A stretch of DNA of 64,000 nt from Candidatus Latescibacterota bacterium (lineage in GTDB: Bacteria; Latescibacterota; UBA2968), in assembly GCA_965204375.1 (NCBI GenBank), contig OZ241986.1, positions 928,001 to 992,000 of the forward strand, read 5' to 3'. Of this stretch, positions 19,796-29,333 are shown piece after piece (position 1 is the stretch's first letter; every line of letters begins with the position of its first letter). Under the pieces are notes generated by a model that ran no database searches, was not told the origin of the DNA, and saw nothing but the letters and a program-made list of their open reading frames with translations. A program made the position numbers and the translations under genes.

Positions 19796-21418
19796 TCATT
19801 CCCCCGTAACATTCGGGATGAGTGCCGACAGGCCCAGATTTGTTAGCCGCTCGATTTCTTCCCGGAGTTCGTCGCCCGCCAGCGGACCCGCGTAGGGGGC
19901 CTGCTCGAAGCGACATGGAGACTCCACCAGGCGGGGATCGTCGTTCTCCCGCAGGAGACCCATGAGTTCGTTCGCCAGGTCTTTGCGGGCCTGATCGTAG
20001 TCCGGGTCTGTGGCGACATTGTTCATGTAGTGGGGATCGACCCGAAGGTCGTAGAGTTCCTCTCGAGGACGCTTACCGAAGCCGATCTCAAAGAGGGGCT
20101 GTACCTCTTCGTCGGCGCGATGGTGAATCATCCAGGCCTTGGTTGGACCCCCATCCATGTCGGAATACGCCGGGCGCGAGCTGGCCATGAGACTGTCCCA
20201 GGACGGCGCCTCCGCATTGGGGTCGTCAAGCCCTCGCGGGTCTCCCACGGGCCAACGATCAGGCTCGAAGTTGTGGATGTAGAGAAAGTCCCTGGTGCGG
20301 ATCGCACGCATCGGATAGGGCATGCCATCTCTTGCCATGACATTGTGGCGCTCTCGGCCCGTCACGACGGCCGTGCGCTCTGCTTCTACCTGTCCACTCC
20401 TATCGCTTTCGAGCACAGGTAGAAGGCTGCGAGCCGTCATGCTGTCTGGGATGTCAACGCCGGCGGCGTCGAGGAAAGTGGGTGCCAGATCCATCAGGTT
20501 GACGAAGTCATCGACGACGCGGGCGGAAGGGATGCGTTCTGGCCACCGGGCGGCCAGCGCCACTTCGCAGCCAATGTTGTAAAGGTTGCACTTGGCGCGC
20601 GGGAAGCCCGGAATGCCGTGGTCGCCGCTGACGACGATGAGTGTATTGTCCAGCTCGCCGCTGGCCTCGAGGCGCTCGATCAGGACGCCCAGACCAGCAT
20701 CTACCGCCAGACACTCACCCAGGTAATCGTTCACGTCTTCACGGATGTCGTGGACGTCGGGGAGGAAGGCCGGAAGGCGACCTTTCAGGTCGTCGGATTC
20801 CAGCCCCCATAGCGCCTTGCCAGAGCCGCGCTCCCAGGTTCGGTGAGTGTTGGTTGGACCCCACCAGTAGCAGAAAGGCTTTCCCGCGGGCCTCGCCTCC
20901 AGGAAGGCGTCGAAGTTCTGCCGCGTCTCTTCGATGAGCATTTCTTTGGCTCCGTCGATCCCGAGTTCAGAAGCCCGTTTGGTCGCGACGTGGGAGAAGC
21001 GGTTGTACAGCCTGCCAGCAGATTCGTACCGCGTACGCTCTGCGCCGTAGGGGGCGTTCATGGTCCTTCCAGGAGACCACACTTTGTACGTGTACCCGAT
21101 GTGGTAGCCATTTTCCTCGAGAATGAGGGGATAGGTCGGAATGGTCTCGTCCCACACAGCGCCCTGCAGGATGGCGCCGAGGCCCGTCTGCCAGAAGTAC
21201 TGCCCCGAGAGGATGGAACTCCGGCAGGGCGTGCAACTGGGCGCCGGGACAAAGGCGTTTCGGAAGAGCACACCTTCCTCGGCAATCCGGTCGAAATTTG
21301 GGGTGTCAATGAGTGCGTTAATCGCGTTTTCGCCCTCGAACGGACGGTATGCGCTGGCATAACGCCCCCAGTCGTCCGCAAAGGCAAAGAGTATGTTGGG
21401 GGGCATCGCATTCTCCAT
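19796..21418 (-). CDS. Sulfatase (N-sulfoglucosamine sulfohydrolase-like)
   Basis: PNILFAFADDWG, CTPCRSS, SGDHG, GRERH. Confidence 0.93.
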   Translation of the reverse strand: MENAMPPNILFAFADDWGRYASAYRPFEGENAINALIDTPNFDRIAEEGVLFRNAFVPAPSCTPCRSSILSGQYFWQTGLGAILQGAVWDETIPTYPLILEENGYHIGYTYKVWSPGRTMNAPYGAERTRYESAGRLYNRFSHVATKRASELGIDGAKEMLIEETRQNFDAFLEARPAGKPFCYWWGPTNTHRTWERGSGKALWGLESDDLKGRLPAFLPDVHDIREDVNDYLGECLAVDAGLGVLIERLEASGELDNTLIVVSGDHGIPGFPRAKCNLYNIGCEVALAARWPERIPSARVVDDFVNLMDLAPTFLDAAGVDIPDSMTARSLLPVLESDRSGQVEAERTAVVTGRERHNVMARDGMPYPMRAIRTRDFLYIHNFEPDRWPVGDPRGLDDPNAEAPSWDSLMASSRPAYSDMDGGPTKAWMIHHRADEEVQPLFEIGFGKRPREELYDLRVDPHYMNNVATDPDYDQARKDLANELMGLLRENDDPRLVESPCRFEQAPYAGPLAGDELREEIERLTNLGLSALIPNVTGE

Positions 21419-21448
21419 TCAACAATTTTTGAAATCTATACTTCGCGT

Positions 21449-22798
21449 TTACACTTGTTTTCTGCGAAATGCGTGGGGATTGACGATTTCATATCCCCAT
21501 CGATCCAACAATTCCTGCCCAGTCTCAAACGCGTCGTTCTGTTCCTTCAACAGATCTGAAAGCAAACCTTCCAGATGCGTTTGAACAGATTCTACCTCAG
21601 GCCGACCACAAAGGTTCTCCAACTGATAAGGATCTGCCTCATTGTCATACAACAACCAGGGCCCCTCCAGGTCACGCACATAAGTATAACGGCTCGTGCG
21701 AACGCCTCGATATTCTCTGCCACCATGTTCATAAGAATAATTGGCAAACGGCACGTAGCATCCAAAAAGTGAAGCTTCAAAAGGCGCATCGGCTTCACCG
21801 AGCATGTGTTTGGCAAAACTCACCCCTTCGACACCGTCCGGCACAGGTGCGCCTACCAGATCCAGCATGGTTGGCATCATATCCGGTATCCCAAAAGGTG
21901 TGTCGATTTGGCGACCCGTGCCATCTGGCAAACGCAACAGAAAGGGCACAAGAATGGATTCATCCCAGGGCCGTATTTTCCGATCATGGCCTTGTGACCC
22001 ATTCATTTCACCGTGATCAGACGTAAACACAAGAATCGTATCCTCTGTCATCCCGAGGCGTTCAAGTGCTTCTTCAACACGCCCAACACAGTGATCAAGT
22101 GCCGTAATATGCGCATAATAACCCCACATGTCATTCCGGGCAGTCGCTTCACTCTCAGCAGGCACATTGTCTCTCAATACGATTTCATCTTCATTGTAGA
22201 GCGCTCTGTATTCTTCCGGCACTTTGTGGAAAGGGTTATGAGGCGGGCCATATGAAACAAAAAGGAAAAAGGGATCGTCTTCATCCTGCCTGCCCTCCAG
22301 ATACTCAATCGCACAATCTGTCTGTGCAAACGCATCGTATCCTTCCCACTTTTTCATAATGCCCGAATCATCATAATAGGGCGAATCGTAATAATTGTGC
22401 GAGCATTCGTGCGCGCGCCAAAAGTCAAAGCCCAACCGTCGCTCTGGTGGGATGAAATTTTGCTCGTGGGTATCTCCGTCCAAATGCCACTTGCCAATGT
22501 ATGCGGTGTCATAACCGTGTGACTTTAGAACCTCAGCGAATGTGGTCGTATCGGGCTCAAGCCGAATCTGGTTTAAAAAGATCCCATGCGTCAGTGGATA
22601 TTGCCCGGTCAAAAGACAGGCACGAGCCGGACAACAAACCGGGCACGTTGACACAGTCGTATCCAACCGAACACTCTTTTGAGCCAGGGCATCGAGATTG
22701 GGTGTCTTAACATTTGGATCTCCCGTATACCCCGTCGCCTGTGCGCGCCACTGATCGGTCAAAATGAATACAATATTGGGCTTCTCTTTGTTGGCCAC
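21449..22798 (-). CDS. Sulfatase
   Basis: PNIVFILTDQWR, CCPARA, GKWHL, GPPH, TSDHG. Confidence 0.95.
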   Translation of the reverse strand: MANKEKPNIVFILTDQWRAQATGYTGDPNVKTPNLDALAQKSVRLDTTVSTCPVCCPARACLLTGQYPLTHGIFLNQIRLEPDTTTFAEVLKSHGYDTAYIGKWHLDGDTHEQNFIPPERRLGFDFWRAHECSHNYYDSPYYDDSGIMKKWEGYDAFAQTDCAIEYLEGRQDEDDPFFLFVSYGPPHNPFHKVPEEYRALYNEDEIVLRDNVPAESEATARNDMWGYYAHITALDHCVGRVEEALERLGMTEDTILVFTSDHGEMNGSQGHDRKIRPWDESILVPFLLRLPDGTGRQIDTPFGIPDMMPTMLDLVGAPVPDGVEGVSFAKHMLGEADAPFEASLFGCYVPFANYSYEHGGREYRGVRTSRYTYVRDLEGPWLLYDNEADPYQLENLCGRPEVESVQTHLEGLLSDLLKEQNDAFETGQELLDRWGYEIVNPHAFRRKQV

Positions 22799-22866
22799 AA
22801 AAAACTCCTCAGATTACTTCACGCTAATAAACGAATCACAGAAATATCAAAAAGATTTGATTCCTT

Positions 22867-23721
22867 CTAAACAACCGGTCTGATCTCTGGGGCACCGTTC
22901 TCTTCGCACCACGGCGTAAGTGGGCTATCTCCACCACCAGCTTTGTACCCCTCTATCTTTGGATATCTTTCACCTACCAAATACCGACCCAATTCATCCA
23001 GTTTATCCATAAAGGCAGGCTCCTGGCTTCGATAGTCCAGCGGCATAACCCAACGATAGCCATAACCAATCATGATCGCCTTTCGGATGTTACCCGATGT
23101 GTTTATCCCCGCCGCATGACCGGTTCGATTTTCAAAGAATAGGCAATCACCCGCCTTTAAAGAAGCTTCAACATAACCTTTTGGTCCAAGCTCTCCTTCA
23201 GGGACTTCAATGGGGTTGCTGTGGCGATTGGAGCCAGGCGCAATGAGTGTCATTCCCGAGTTTGGTTCGGTCAGATCATTGAGATAAAACGCGCACTTTA
23301 ACAAAACACGGGGCACATGATTTCCCAATACTTTTGTCGCTGCACCATAATCGCGATGCCATCCGACCCGCCGAATTTTCTTCGAGAGATCAGAAGAGTT
23401 TCTGTAAGCAAGTTGTGAGACCATCAGTTGGATGTGTGCACCCAAAAGCTGTACTGCAACCGACAGCGATTTGGCGTGGGTTAGCAGTGGAATAAAAGCA
23501 TCATCTTTCACAATACAATTCTTAAAGCCCAGTCGTCCCGTGCGCATGTGTTGGTCGTCACTCGCAATCAACCGATCAGCAGCCTCAACGACCCGGTCAA
23601 TCATGTCCTGATCGAGCACGTCGCGCACGATGAGATAGCCTTGCTCATCAAACTGCCTGATTTCTTGTTCTGAAAGCGCATGCCAGTCCAGATCAATCGA
23701 CGATTCTGTCATCTGAGCCAT
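22867..23721 (-). CDS. PhyH-family Fe/2OG dioxygenase
   Basis: FDEQGYLIVRDVL, WHRD, GDCLFFENRTGHA. AAGGAG RBS before ATG 23721. Confidence 0.92.
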   Translation of the reverse strand: MAQMTESSIDLDWHALSEQEIRQFDEQGYLIVRDVLDQDMIDRVVEAADRLIASDDQHMRTGRLGFKNCIVKDDAFIPLLTHAKSLSVAVQLLGAHIQLMVSQLAYRNSSDLSKKIRRVGWHRDYGAATKVLGNHVPRVLLKCAFYLNDLTEPNSGMTLIAPGSNRHSNPIEVPEGELGPKGYVEASLKAGDCLFFENRTGHAAGINTSGNIRKAIMIGYGYRWVMPLDYRSQEPAFMDKLDELGRYLVGERYPKIEGYKAGGGDSPLTPWCEENGAPEIRPVV

Positions 23722-23757
23722 TGTTTGCTCTCCTTTCGTTTGAGCCATCGGGGGATT

Positions 23758-25185
23758 CTAAACACTCGGCAAAGGCACAGTATCTCCTGTTTCATGTTGC
23801 CACAATCGAATCTTCGCCGCCATATCGCGAATGCGATCGCGATGTTCAGGAACATCAAACAGATTGTTTTCTTCATAAGGATCTGTATTAAGGTCGAACA
23901 ACTCACACTGATCACCTGCACACAAATTCAACTTCCAGAGATCACCCGTCACCACAGACCGCCAGGGCAATGTCGCCATCAAGTTAATGCTTGGATTCCC
24001 TAAATTGCGATCGCCAATCCCATTCCACTCCATAAATGCAACGTGATCCTTCAAATCGCGCTCACCGGTGAGTGCACCAGCCAAACTTTCCCCTTCACAC
24101 TGATCTGAAACTTCAACGCCCGCCAGATCCAAAAGTGTCGGCACCAAATCCGCATGCCCAAACACACCATCGATTCGTTTCTGTTCCTCATTCAACCACG
24201 GCACACTGAGCAAAAACGGCACTCGCGCAGACTCTTCGTAAAACGTCCGTTTTTCCAGCATCGCATGATCGCCCACCATTTCCCCATGATCACTCGTGTA
24301 AGCAATAATCGTATTCTCCAGTTGCCTTGTATCTTCCAATGCCTGAATGATCCGCCCCACAGCATCATCCACAATCTTCATATTTCCGAAGTATTGCGAT
24401 CTCACTTTCCGCCATCCCAATTCCGTACTTAAATCTTCACCTGCCTCTATCTTTGTTGCATAATGCTCTGCTCGCACCCGATTAAATCGCGAATGCCCTT
24501 CAGGCTGTTTCAAAAACGTCGGGCCAACTGGCAATTCCTCAGGATCATACAATCCGTCATACGGCCCTGTATATGGAGGGTGCGGTTCAAACGTACTGCA
24601 CACCAGCAACCAGGGCTGATCGACATTTTCTCGAATAAACCGATCCGCTTCCTGCGCGACAAACGCCCCGACCTGTTGTTCCGCTGGCAAACGTGCGCGA
24701 TCTCCTGCAGAAAATTGTTTCAAGTCCGGTGCCAAATGCGAGGGTGGTTCAACGCCCTGTGCCACCAACCACTCATAGTGGGAACTCATCGGCGCATCTT
24801 GAATCGTATTCAAATGCCGCAAATTATCCTGAATACTGATCCACTCATCAAACCCATGTTGGCGAACGGTATCGTTGCCCAAATGCCATTTGCCCATATA
24901 TGCTTTGCGATATGTATCTGGCATCATTTCCGCAATCGACTTTGTATCTTCCCGTAGATGAATCCCATTCACCACACATCCGTGCGAATGAGGGTACAGT
25001 CCAGACATCAACGTACCCCGCGACGGCGTACACACAGCCTGACCAACATACGTATTCTCAAAAACAAAAGACCGCTCCGAAAGCGCATTCAAATGCGGCG
25101 ATTGAATCCAATCATTGCCGTAACACGACATGGTATCTGTGCGTTGCTGATCTGTGAACACAAAAAGGATATTCGGTTGATTCAT
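23758..25185 (-). CDS. Sulfatase
   Basis: PNILFVFTDQQR, CTPSRG, GKWHLG, EPHPPY, TSDHGE. Confidence 0.95.
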   Translation of the reverse strand: MNQPNILFVFTDQQRTDTMSCYGNDWIQSPHLNALSERSFVFENTYVGQAVCTPSRGTLMSGLYPHSHGCVVNGIHLREDTKSIAEMMPDTYRKAYMGKWHLGNDTVRQHGFDEWISIQDNLRHLNTIQDAPMSSHYEWLVAQGVEPPSHLAPDLKQFSAGDRARLPAEQQVGAFVAQEADRFIRENVDQPWLLVCSTFEPHPPYTGPYDGLYDPEELPVGPTFLKQPEGHSRFNRVRAEHYATKIEAGEDLSTELGWRKVRSQYFGNMKIVDDAVGRIIQALEDTRQLENTIIAYTSDHGEMVGDHAMLEKRTFYEESARVPFLLSVPWLNEEQKRIDGVFGHADLVPTLLDLAGVEVSDQCEGESLAGALTGERDLKDHVAFMEWNGIGDRNLGNPSINLMATLPWRSVVTGDLWKLNLCAGDQCELFDLNTDPYEENNLFDVPEHRDRIRDMAAKIRLWQHETGDTVPLPSV

Positions 25186-25187
25186 AT

Positions 25188-27185
25188 CTATTCCTCAAAC
25201 CCAGAGGACAGTTCAATTCTCTTCATCACCCGCTCCAATACCCACACCCTGACGATGCCATCTCGCTGCCCACCAAGCCCGCTTGTGTAATTGTTCTTTT
25301 TGAGCTGCGTATTGTGTTCTGGCCCGCACATCTCCTGTTTGTTTATGGCCTGCTCCAGGGCGGAAATAAGCGATGCCATAGGCTGCAATTCTTCGCGGCT
25401 ACGGTATGACAGATAAGCGCCGGCCCGTAGCCGCGCCCAGAGGATATCGCTCGCCAGCGCCCGTTCAAAAGCAGGCAGAGCCAGGGCGCCTTCGCCTGCC
25501 CGCACCAGATAGTCTCCGGCGGCCAGGCTGACGCTGATTGAGGGATCGTCAAGGAGGGGGGAGAGCCGCTCGGTCATCGCGCGTTCCACACCAAGCGAGC
25601 AAAGGCCGGTAACAGCCCAGAAACGCACGGCGCTGTCGGGATCACCAAGTCGTTTTACGAGTTCTTCCTTTGCTTCTTCGCCCATGCGCGCCAGGTCCGC
25701 TGTTTCCAGGATCCGCTCATAATTATCACAGTGAGTACCGACTGCGTGGCTGATGCCGTTGTACTGCTCGGCTCGCGCGGCAATCTCCGGTTCATCGATC
25801 AGCCCCAGATCGCGGGTCTCGATCATCCAGCCAAACAGCTTCTGTCGCAGTTCCTTTTTGACGTCGCTGAAAGCGGGATCTTCTGCCAGGTTATGCACCT
25901 GTTCAGGATCCTTTTCGATGTCGTATAACTCTTCGGCCGGTTTGTGATCCTGCCAGATATGAAACTGCTGGTAATGCTCAGGTAGCCCGTCCTGTTTGAT
26001 CATGACCGGTGGACCGAGCATCAGAAACACGCCGTCGGGGTCGTGGACCTTCTGTTTGCCCGGCAGGCAAGAGGTCTCCCAGAAGGCTCGCTCCGGCGTT
26101 CCCTCTTCTGGGACGGGCGCGAAGAACCCGCCGTCTGGATAGAACGAAGCATAAGGCTGGTGGGGGAGGAAGTTACGCATGTAACGGTATTTTTTGGTGC
26201 GGATCGTGCGGATCACCTCCGGGTTGTTGTCCAGCCGATCTCTGGCACTGCAGACGAACTCTCTCGGTTCATCTCTGTTGGGACCGCACAGGTTTCGACT
26301 CTGTATATGATCGGCGAGCGGAATGCCTGCCAGCTGCAGGGTCGTCGCACACAGGTCCATGTGCAAGACGGGTTCATCAATCGCGGTGCCGGGGTCTGCC
26401 GGGGATAGGTGCCGGTACTTCTCCGGGAATCGCATAATCAGCGGAATACTCAATCCGTCGTCGTATGCATGGATCTTGCCCCGGGGATAACCCGTGCCGT
26501 GGTCTCCCCAATAGACCACAATAGTGTCTTCACTGTGCCCCTGCTCTTCAAGCTGGTTCAGGATCTCCCCGACCTGCTTATCGACATTTGTAAGGGCATC
26601 GTAGAAAAGTGCCATCCGTTCCCTGAACAGGGGCGTGTCGGGAACAAAGCTCGGAACCGGCACATCATTCGGATCGTGCAACTCGTCGTCGCTCAAGAGC
26701 GCGGAACGCGCTTTCCGTGCATCCTCGGGCGTCAGTTTGAATACGCTGGCGTGGGAACTGCCCAGTCTGTAATACATGAAAAACGGCTTGTCTTCAGGGC
26801 GATTCTCCCAAAAATCTTCAGAATTGTAATACTGTTCACGCTCATCTTTGGAGACGTATAGATTGATGTCATTGTCCGGCTGCGTGCAGGCATAACCGGC
26901 GTTTGTCAGCATTGTGTTTAACAGTTCAACCCCTGCGGGGCGGATGACCGCGCTACGGTGATGATGCGTGCCCAGCGTGGTCGGATGCATGCCGGTATAG
27001 ATGCCCGTGCGCGATGGTGAGCAGATTGGGCCAGCGGTGAACGCGTTGGTGTAGCGCACACCTTCTGCCGATAGGCGGTCAATATTCGGGGTATGCGCGT
27101 ATTGATCGCCGTAGCAGCCGTAGTTCCAGGCGCTGGAGTCGTGGTTGCTGATCCAGAGGAAATTGGGTCTGTCTTGTTTTTCCAT
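25188..27185 (-). CDS. Sulfatase with C-terminal HEAT-repeat domain
   Basis: CSPSRTG, WGDHG. C-terminal LGDPDSAVRFWAV and LLDDPSISVSLAA repeats. Confidence 0.9.
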   Translation of the reverse strand: MEKQDRPNFLWISNHDSSAWNYGCYGDQYAHTPNIDRLSAEGVRYTNAFTAGPICSPSRTGIYTGMHPTTLGTHHHRSAVIRPAGVELLNTMLTNAGYACTQPDNDINLYVSKDEREQYYNSEDFWENRPEDKPFFMYYRLGSSHASVFKLTPEDARKARSALLSDDELHDPNDVPVPSFVPDTPLFRERMALFYDALTNVDKQVGEILNQLEEQGHSEDTIVVYWGDHGTGYPRGKIHAYDDGLSIPLIMRFPEKYRHLSPADPGTAIDEPVLHMDLCATTLQLAGIPLADHIQSRNLCGPNRDEPREFVCSARDRLDNNPEVIRTIRTKKYRYMRNFLPHQPYASFYPDGGFFAPVPEEGTPERAFWETSCLPGKQKVHDPDGVFLMLGPPVMIKQDGLPEHYQQFHIWQDHKPAEELYDIEKDPEQVHNLAEDPAFSDVKKELRQKLFGWMIETRDLGLIDEPEIAARAEQYNGISHAVGTHCDNYERILETADLARMGEEAKEELVKRLGDPDSAVRFWAVTGLCSLGVERAMTERLSPLLDDPSISVSLAAGDYLVRAGEGALALPAFERALASDILWARLRAGAYLSYRSREELQPMASLISALEQAINKQEMCGPEHNTQLKKNNYTSGLGGQRDGIVRVWVLERVMKRIELSSGFEE

Positions 27186-27286
27186 AAGTGGCTCCTATTT
27201 TTGATTCCCGGCGCGGCCTGGATTAGTCAATTTCTAAAAAATAATAATATGTACGAAATCTTCAGTCAAGAAAGTAACAGCACGTC

Positions 27287-27318
27287 CTCCATCTTACGAA
27301 GAAGTTGGAGGATGAGAT
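27287..27318. terminator. Hairpin downstream of the ABC/GdmH operon
   Basis: CGTCCTCCATCTT...AAGTTGGAGGATG imperfect inverted repeat just after the ATPase stop codon. Confidence 0.5.
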
Positions 27319-27330
27319 ATATTTCAATGC

Positions 27331-28227
27331 TCAGATGACTTCGTCGCCTGCCTGAGTAAGCCGGATCATGGGAAGGTCTTCATGGCGGTTTTTTTCTGGC
27401 GGATGGATGAGTTCTTCGAGGCGTTTTTTGGTGGCCAGAAATTGGGGTGTGAGGAATTGGTCTGGATTGCGGGGGCGGGGCACGGAAACTTCGATAATTT
27501 CCTGGATGTGACCGGGGTGGGTACCTAAAACTACGATGCGGTCAGCCAGATAGACGGCTTCATCCAGGTCGTGGGTGATAAAGAGGATGGTGATATCTAC
27601 GTTGCGCCAGATTTGGAGCAAGTAGGTCTGCATCTGGCTTCTGGTTTGGGCATCAAGGGCACCAAAGGGTTCGTCCATGAGCAGGATACGGGGGCGGTTG
27701 GCCAGGGCGCGTGCGATGGCCACGCGTTGTTTCATGCCACCTGAAAGTTCGTGTGGATAAGCGTTGGCAAAATTGCTCAGGCCCACAAGGTCGATCCACT
27801 GGAGTGCCTGTTCTTCGGCATAATTGTTGCCGTGGTTAGTCATTTTGAGGCCGAACATGATATTCTTTTTTATGGTCAGCCAGGGAAAGAGCGTGTAACC
27901 TTGAAAGACCATGCCGCGATCAGGGGACGGACCTTTCACTTCTTGATTGTCCAAGAGGACCTGGCCGGAGGTGGGATAGTCCAGGCCAGCCAGGATGCGG
28001 ATGAGGGTGGATTTACCACAGCCGGAGGCGCCGATGACACAGATAAATTCACGCCGGTGTATGTTGAACAGGATGTCGTGGAGGGCGACGATGTCGCCGT
28101 CGGCCCCCGGAAAGATTTTGCCGAGGTGCTGGACTTTCAGGACAACGGGGCGCTGGCGAATTTTTTCAAATCGGGCTTTAACGTCCGGTTCCTGTTCCAG
28201 GTAGCTCGGTAAATTCAGGTTGTTCAT
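27331..28227 (-). CDS. ABC transporter ATP-binding protein (TauB/SsuB/NrtD type)
   Basis: Walker [29 protein letters not shown]. Confidence 0.97.
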   Translation of the reverse strand: MNNLNLPSYLEQEPDVKARFEKIRQRPVVLKVQHLGKIFPGADGDIVALHDILFNIHRREFICVIGASGCGKSTLIRILAGLDYPTSGQVLLDNQEVKGPSPDRGMVFQGYTLFPWLTIKKNIMFGLKMTNHGNNYAEEQALQWIDLVGLSNFANAYPHELSGGMKQRVAIARALANRPRILLMDEPFGALDAQTRSQMQTYLLQIWRNVDITILFITHDLDEAVYLADRIVVLGTHPGHIQEIIEVSVPRPRNPDQFLTPQFLATKKRLEELIHPPEKNRHEDLPMIRLTQAGDEVI

Positions 28228-28297
28228 GGTTGGGTTTTTCTGTCTGAGAGGTTGATTTTTTGAAGACTTTGAAAGTTCGGTTCAGCCGCAGGCGTCC

Positions 28298-29257
28298 TCA
28301 GTTGCGGCGTTCCCAGGGGAAGAGGTAGTGACCGATGAAGCGCAGGATCTGATCGGTGGTAAGGCCGATAATGCCGATCATGACAATGGCCGCAAAGACG
28401 TTATCGTAATTGCGGTATTTGGCCTGCTGATTGATAAACCACGAAATGCCCGAAGACGCGCCGATGAGTTCGGCAACAATGAGGTAGGTCCAGGCCCAGC
28501 CCAGGAGAATGCGCATGTCGCGGTAGAGGTTGGGCAAGATGCCGGGTACAATGACGTGGAAGATCAGTTTTTTTGAGGTCGCGCCCAGAGTCTGGGCGGC
28601 TTCAAGTAGGGATTTGTCCAGCAACCGCGTGGTGTTGCCGACCACGAGCACCATCTGAAAGAAGGTGCCGATAAAGATAATGGCCACTTTGGGCGCATCG
28701 GCGATGCCTAAAAAGGCGACCATGAGGGCACCAAAAGCCGGGGCGGGCATGTAGCGGATGAAGTCGATAAAGGGCTCGATAATGCGTGTGAAAAAGGCAA
28801 AGGTGCCACATAGAATACCGAGGGGCACGCCGAGGATGGCGGACAGGGTGAATCCGTAGAAGATGACGGTGATGCTGTGCAGAATGCTTTGGTGTAGCCA
28901 GGGATCATTGCGCCGGATGGGGGCGGTTTGAAAGGCTGTGATAAAAGCCTGGACGACCTGATGCGGGGCTGGCAAGTAAATGGGGTTAGCCAGCTCGCCC
29001 CGCGCTTCTGATTCGCCTTCTTCGCGCATGAACGCATTTTCTTTGTTGAATATCTCCCGGTCAACCAGCATGTCTTTTTGAAAGTAGGCCACCCCTCCCG
29101 GATCGCTGATGAGCACCATCGGATGCCAGATCCAGGGCGTGTAACTCACCAGGCTCCAGATACCTAGCGGCAACAAAAAGGAGCACAGACCCAAAAGCCA
29201 ACTCCTCTGACCAGACAGATCTTTGCGAATCGCAAACCAGTGTTTTCTCACATTCAT
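28298..29257 (-). CDS. ABC transporter permease (TauC/SsuC type)
   Basis: Hydrophobic; FIRYMPAPAF, EAAQTLGA loop, WAWTYLIVAEL. Confidence 0.95.
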   Translation of the reverse strand: MNVRKHWFAIRKDLSGQRSWLLGLCSFLLPLGIWSLVSYTPWIWHPMVLISDPGGVAYFQKDMLVDREIFNKENAFMREEGESEARGELANPIYLPAPHQVVQAFITAFQTAPIRRNDPWLHQSILHSITVIFYGFTLSAILGVPLGILCGTFAFFTRIIEPFIDFIRYMPAPAFGALMVAFLGIADAPKVAIIFIGTFFQMVLVVGNTTRLLDKSLLEAAQTLGATSKKLIFHVIVPGILPNLYRDMRILLGWAWTYLIVAELIGASSGISWFINQQAKYRNYDNVFAAIVMIGIIGLTTDQILRFIGHYLFPWERRN

Positions 29258-29333
29258 AAAAAGCTCTGATTAAATAAACGACAACGGAGACAAATATTTC
29301 TCTCGTCATGGGAGAAGGGTGTTTAAGGGCCTC

